A stretch of DNA of 64,000 bases, taken from positions 64,480,001 to 64,544,000 of the forward strand of contig OZ024742.1 in assembly GCA_964016885.1 (NCBI GenBank). The letters run 5' to 3'. The DNA comes from Eledone cirrhosa (lineage: Eukaryota). Positions 63,154 to 64,000 of this stretch are shown piece after piece (the stretch's first letter is position 1; every line of letters starts with the position of its first letter). The notes under the pieces are model-generated. The model had not been told where the DNA came from. It was given only the letters and a program-made list of their open reading frames with translations, and did not search any database. Both the position numbers and the translations under genes were made by a program.

Positions 63154-63990
63154 GTTGGTATGGTCACGTGATGCGCATGAAAGACGACAGCTGTATAGCA
63201 AAGTGCAGGGCAATAAAGATAGACAGTAGCCACGGAGTAGGCAGACCCAGAAAAACCTGGGACGAGCTGATAAATTCCGACCTCACACACTTACACCTCT
63301 CCAAGACAATGTCACTGGACCGAGACCTTTGGCGGTACTCAGTAATAGAGAAGACCCGCCTTACCTAAATACAAAGTAAAACCTACTCCAGCCAGTAGGC
63401 ATCTCTAACAAAATACACCCCGTCCCACCACCCCCACCCCATCCACACCGCCCCTTTCAATGTAAAGTTATGTTGGTGCCACAAAATCCAGGCCGAAACA
63501 AATGAGATCGTGTAGGTGTCATGACAAAAAAACACACAGTCCACGCTGTAATGTGACCGTGTAGGCAACACAGTAAAAACCTCCCAGTCCCACACTGTAA
63601 ATGTGGTTGGTGTTAGGAAGGGCATCCAGCTGTAGAAAACCCGCCAGACAGTCCACACTGTAATGTGGCCGTGTAGGCAACACGGTAAAAACCTCCCAGC
63701 CCCACACTGTAAATGTGGTTGGTGTTAGGAAGGGCATCCAGCTGTAGAAAACCCGCCAGACAGTCCACACTGTAATGTGGCCGTGTAGGCAACACGGTAA
63801 AAACCTCCCAGCCCCACACTGTAAATGTGGTTGGTGTTAGGAAGGGCATCCAACTGTAGAAAACCCGCCAGACAGTCCTATGCGAGCAAGACAACCACTC
63901 TTGCCTCAAGTGGGAAAACTCCCGTCCAAACCCATGCAAGCGTGGAACATGGACGTTAAACGATGATGATGATGATGATGATGATGATGA
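63152..63990 (+). mobile_element. 5'-truncated RTE LINE 3' end with ~121-bp internal triplication and (GAT)n tail, inserted in (TA)n
   Basis: WYGHVMRMKDDS..GRPRKTW matches 5810-6030; TA tracts on both sides. Confidence 0.85.
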
Positions 63991-64000
63991 TATATATATA

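Overview
AT-rich, repeat-dense animal genomic DNA, very probably an octopus/cephalopod (inferred from SINE families and gene content). It holds three spliced genes: (1) the 3' ten coding exons of eIF3d on + (1000-14963); (2) a complete 13-exon, ~501-aa secreted astacin+MAM zinc metalloprotease on - (57276-17552), similar in architecture to squid myosinase/ALSM; (3) the 3' MAM-domain exons of a probable tandem paralog on - (63012-60494). Introns contain tRNA-derived SINEs, RTE and CRE-like LINE fragments, piggyBac- and hAT-like MITEs, Helitron-like ends and an 11.5-kb 42-bp satellite. The most unusual region is 29.2-34.9 kb (astacin intron 8). There a nest of four (TA)n-associated fold-back elements includes one carrying two outward-facing minimal type I hammerhead ribozymes and one carrying a tRNA-derived Pol III cassette, consistent with Penelope-like/retrozyme activity. 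All calls were made by eye; no searches or folding programs were run.
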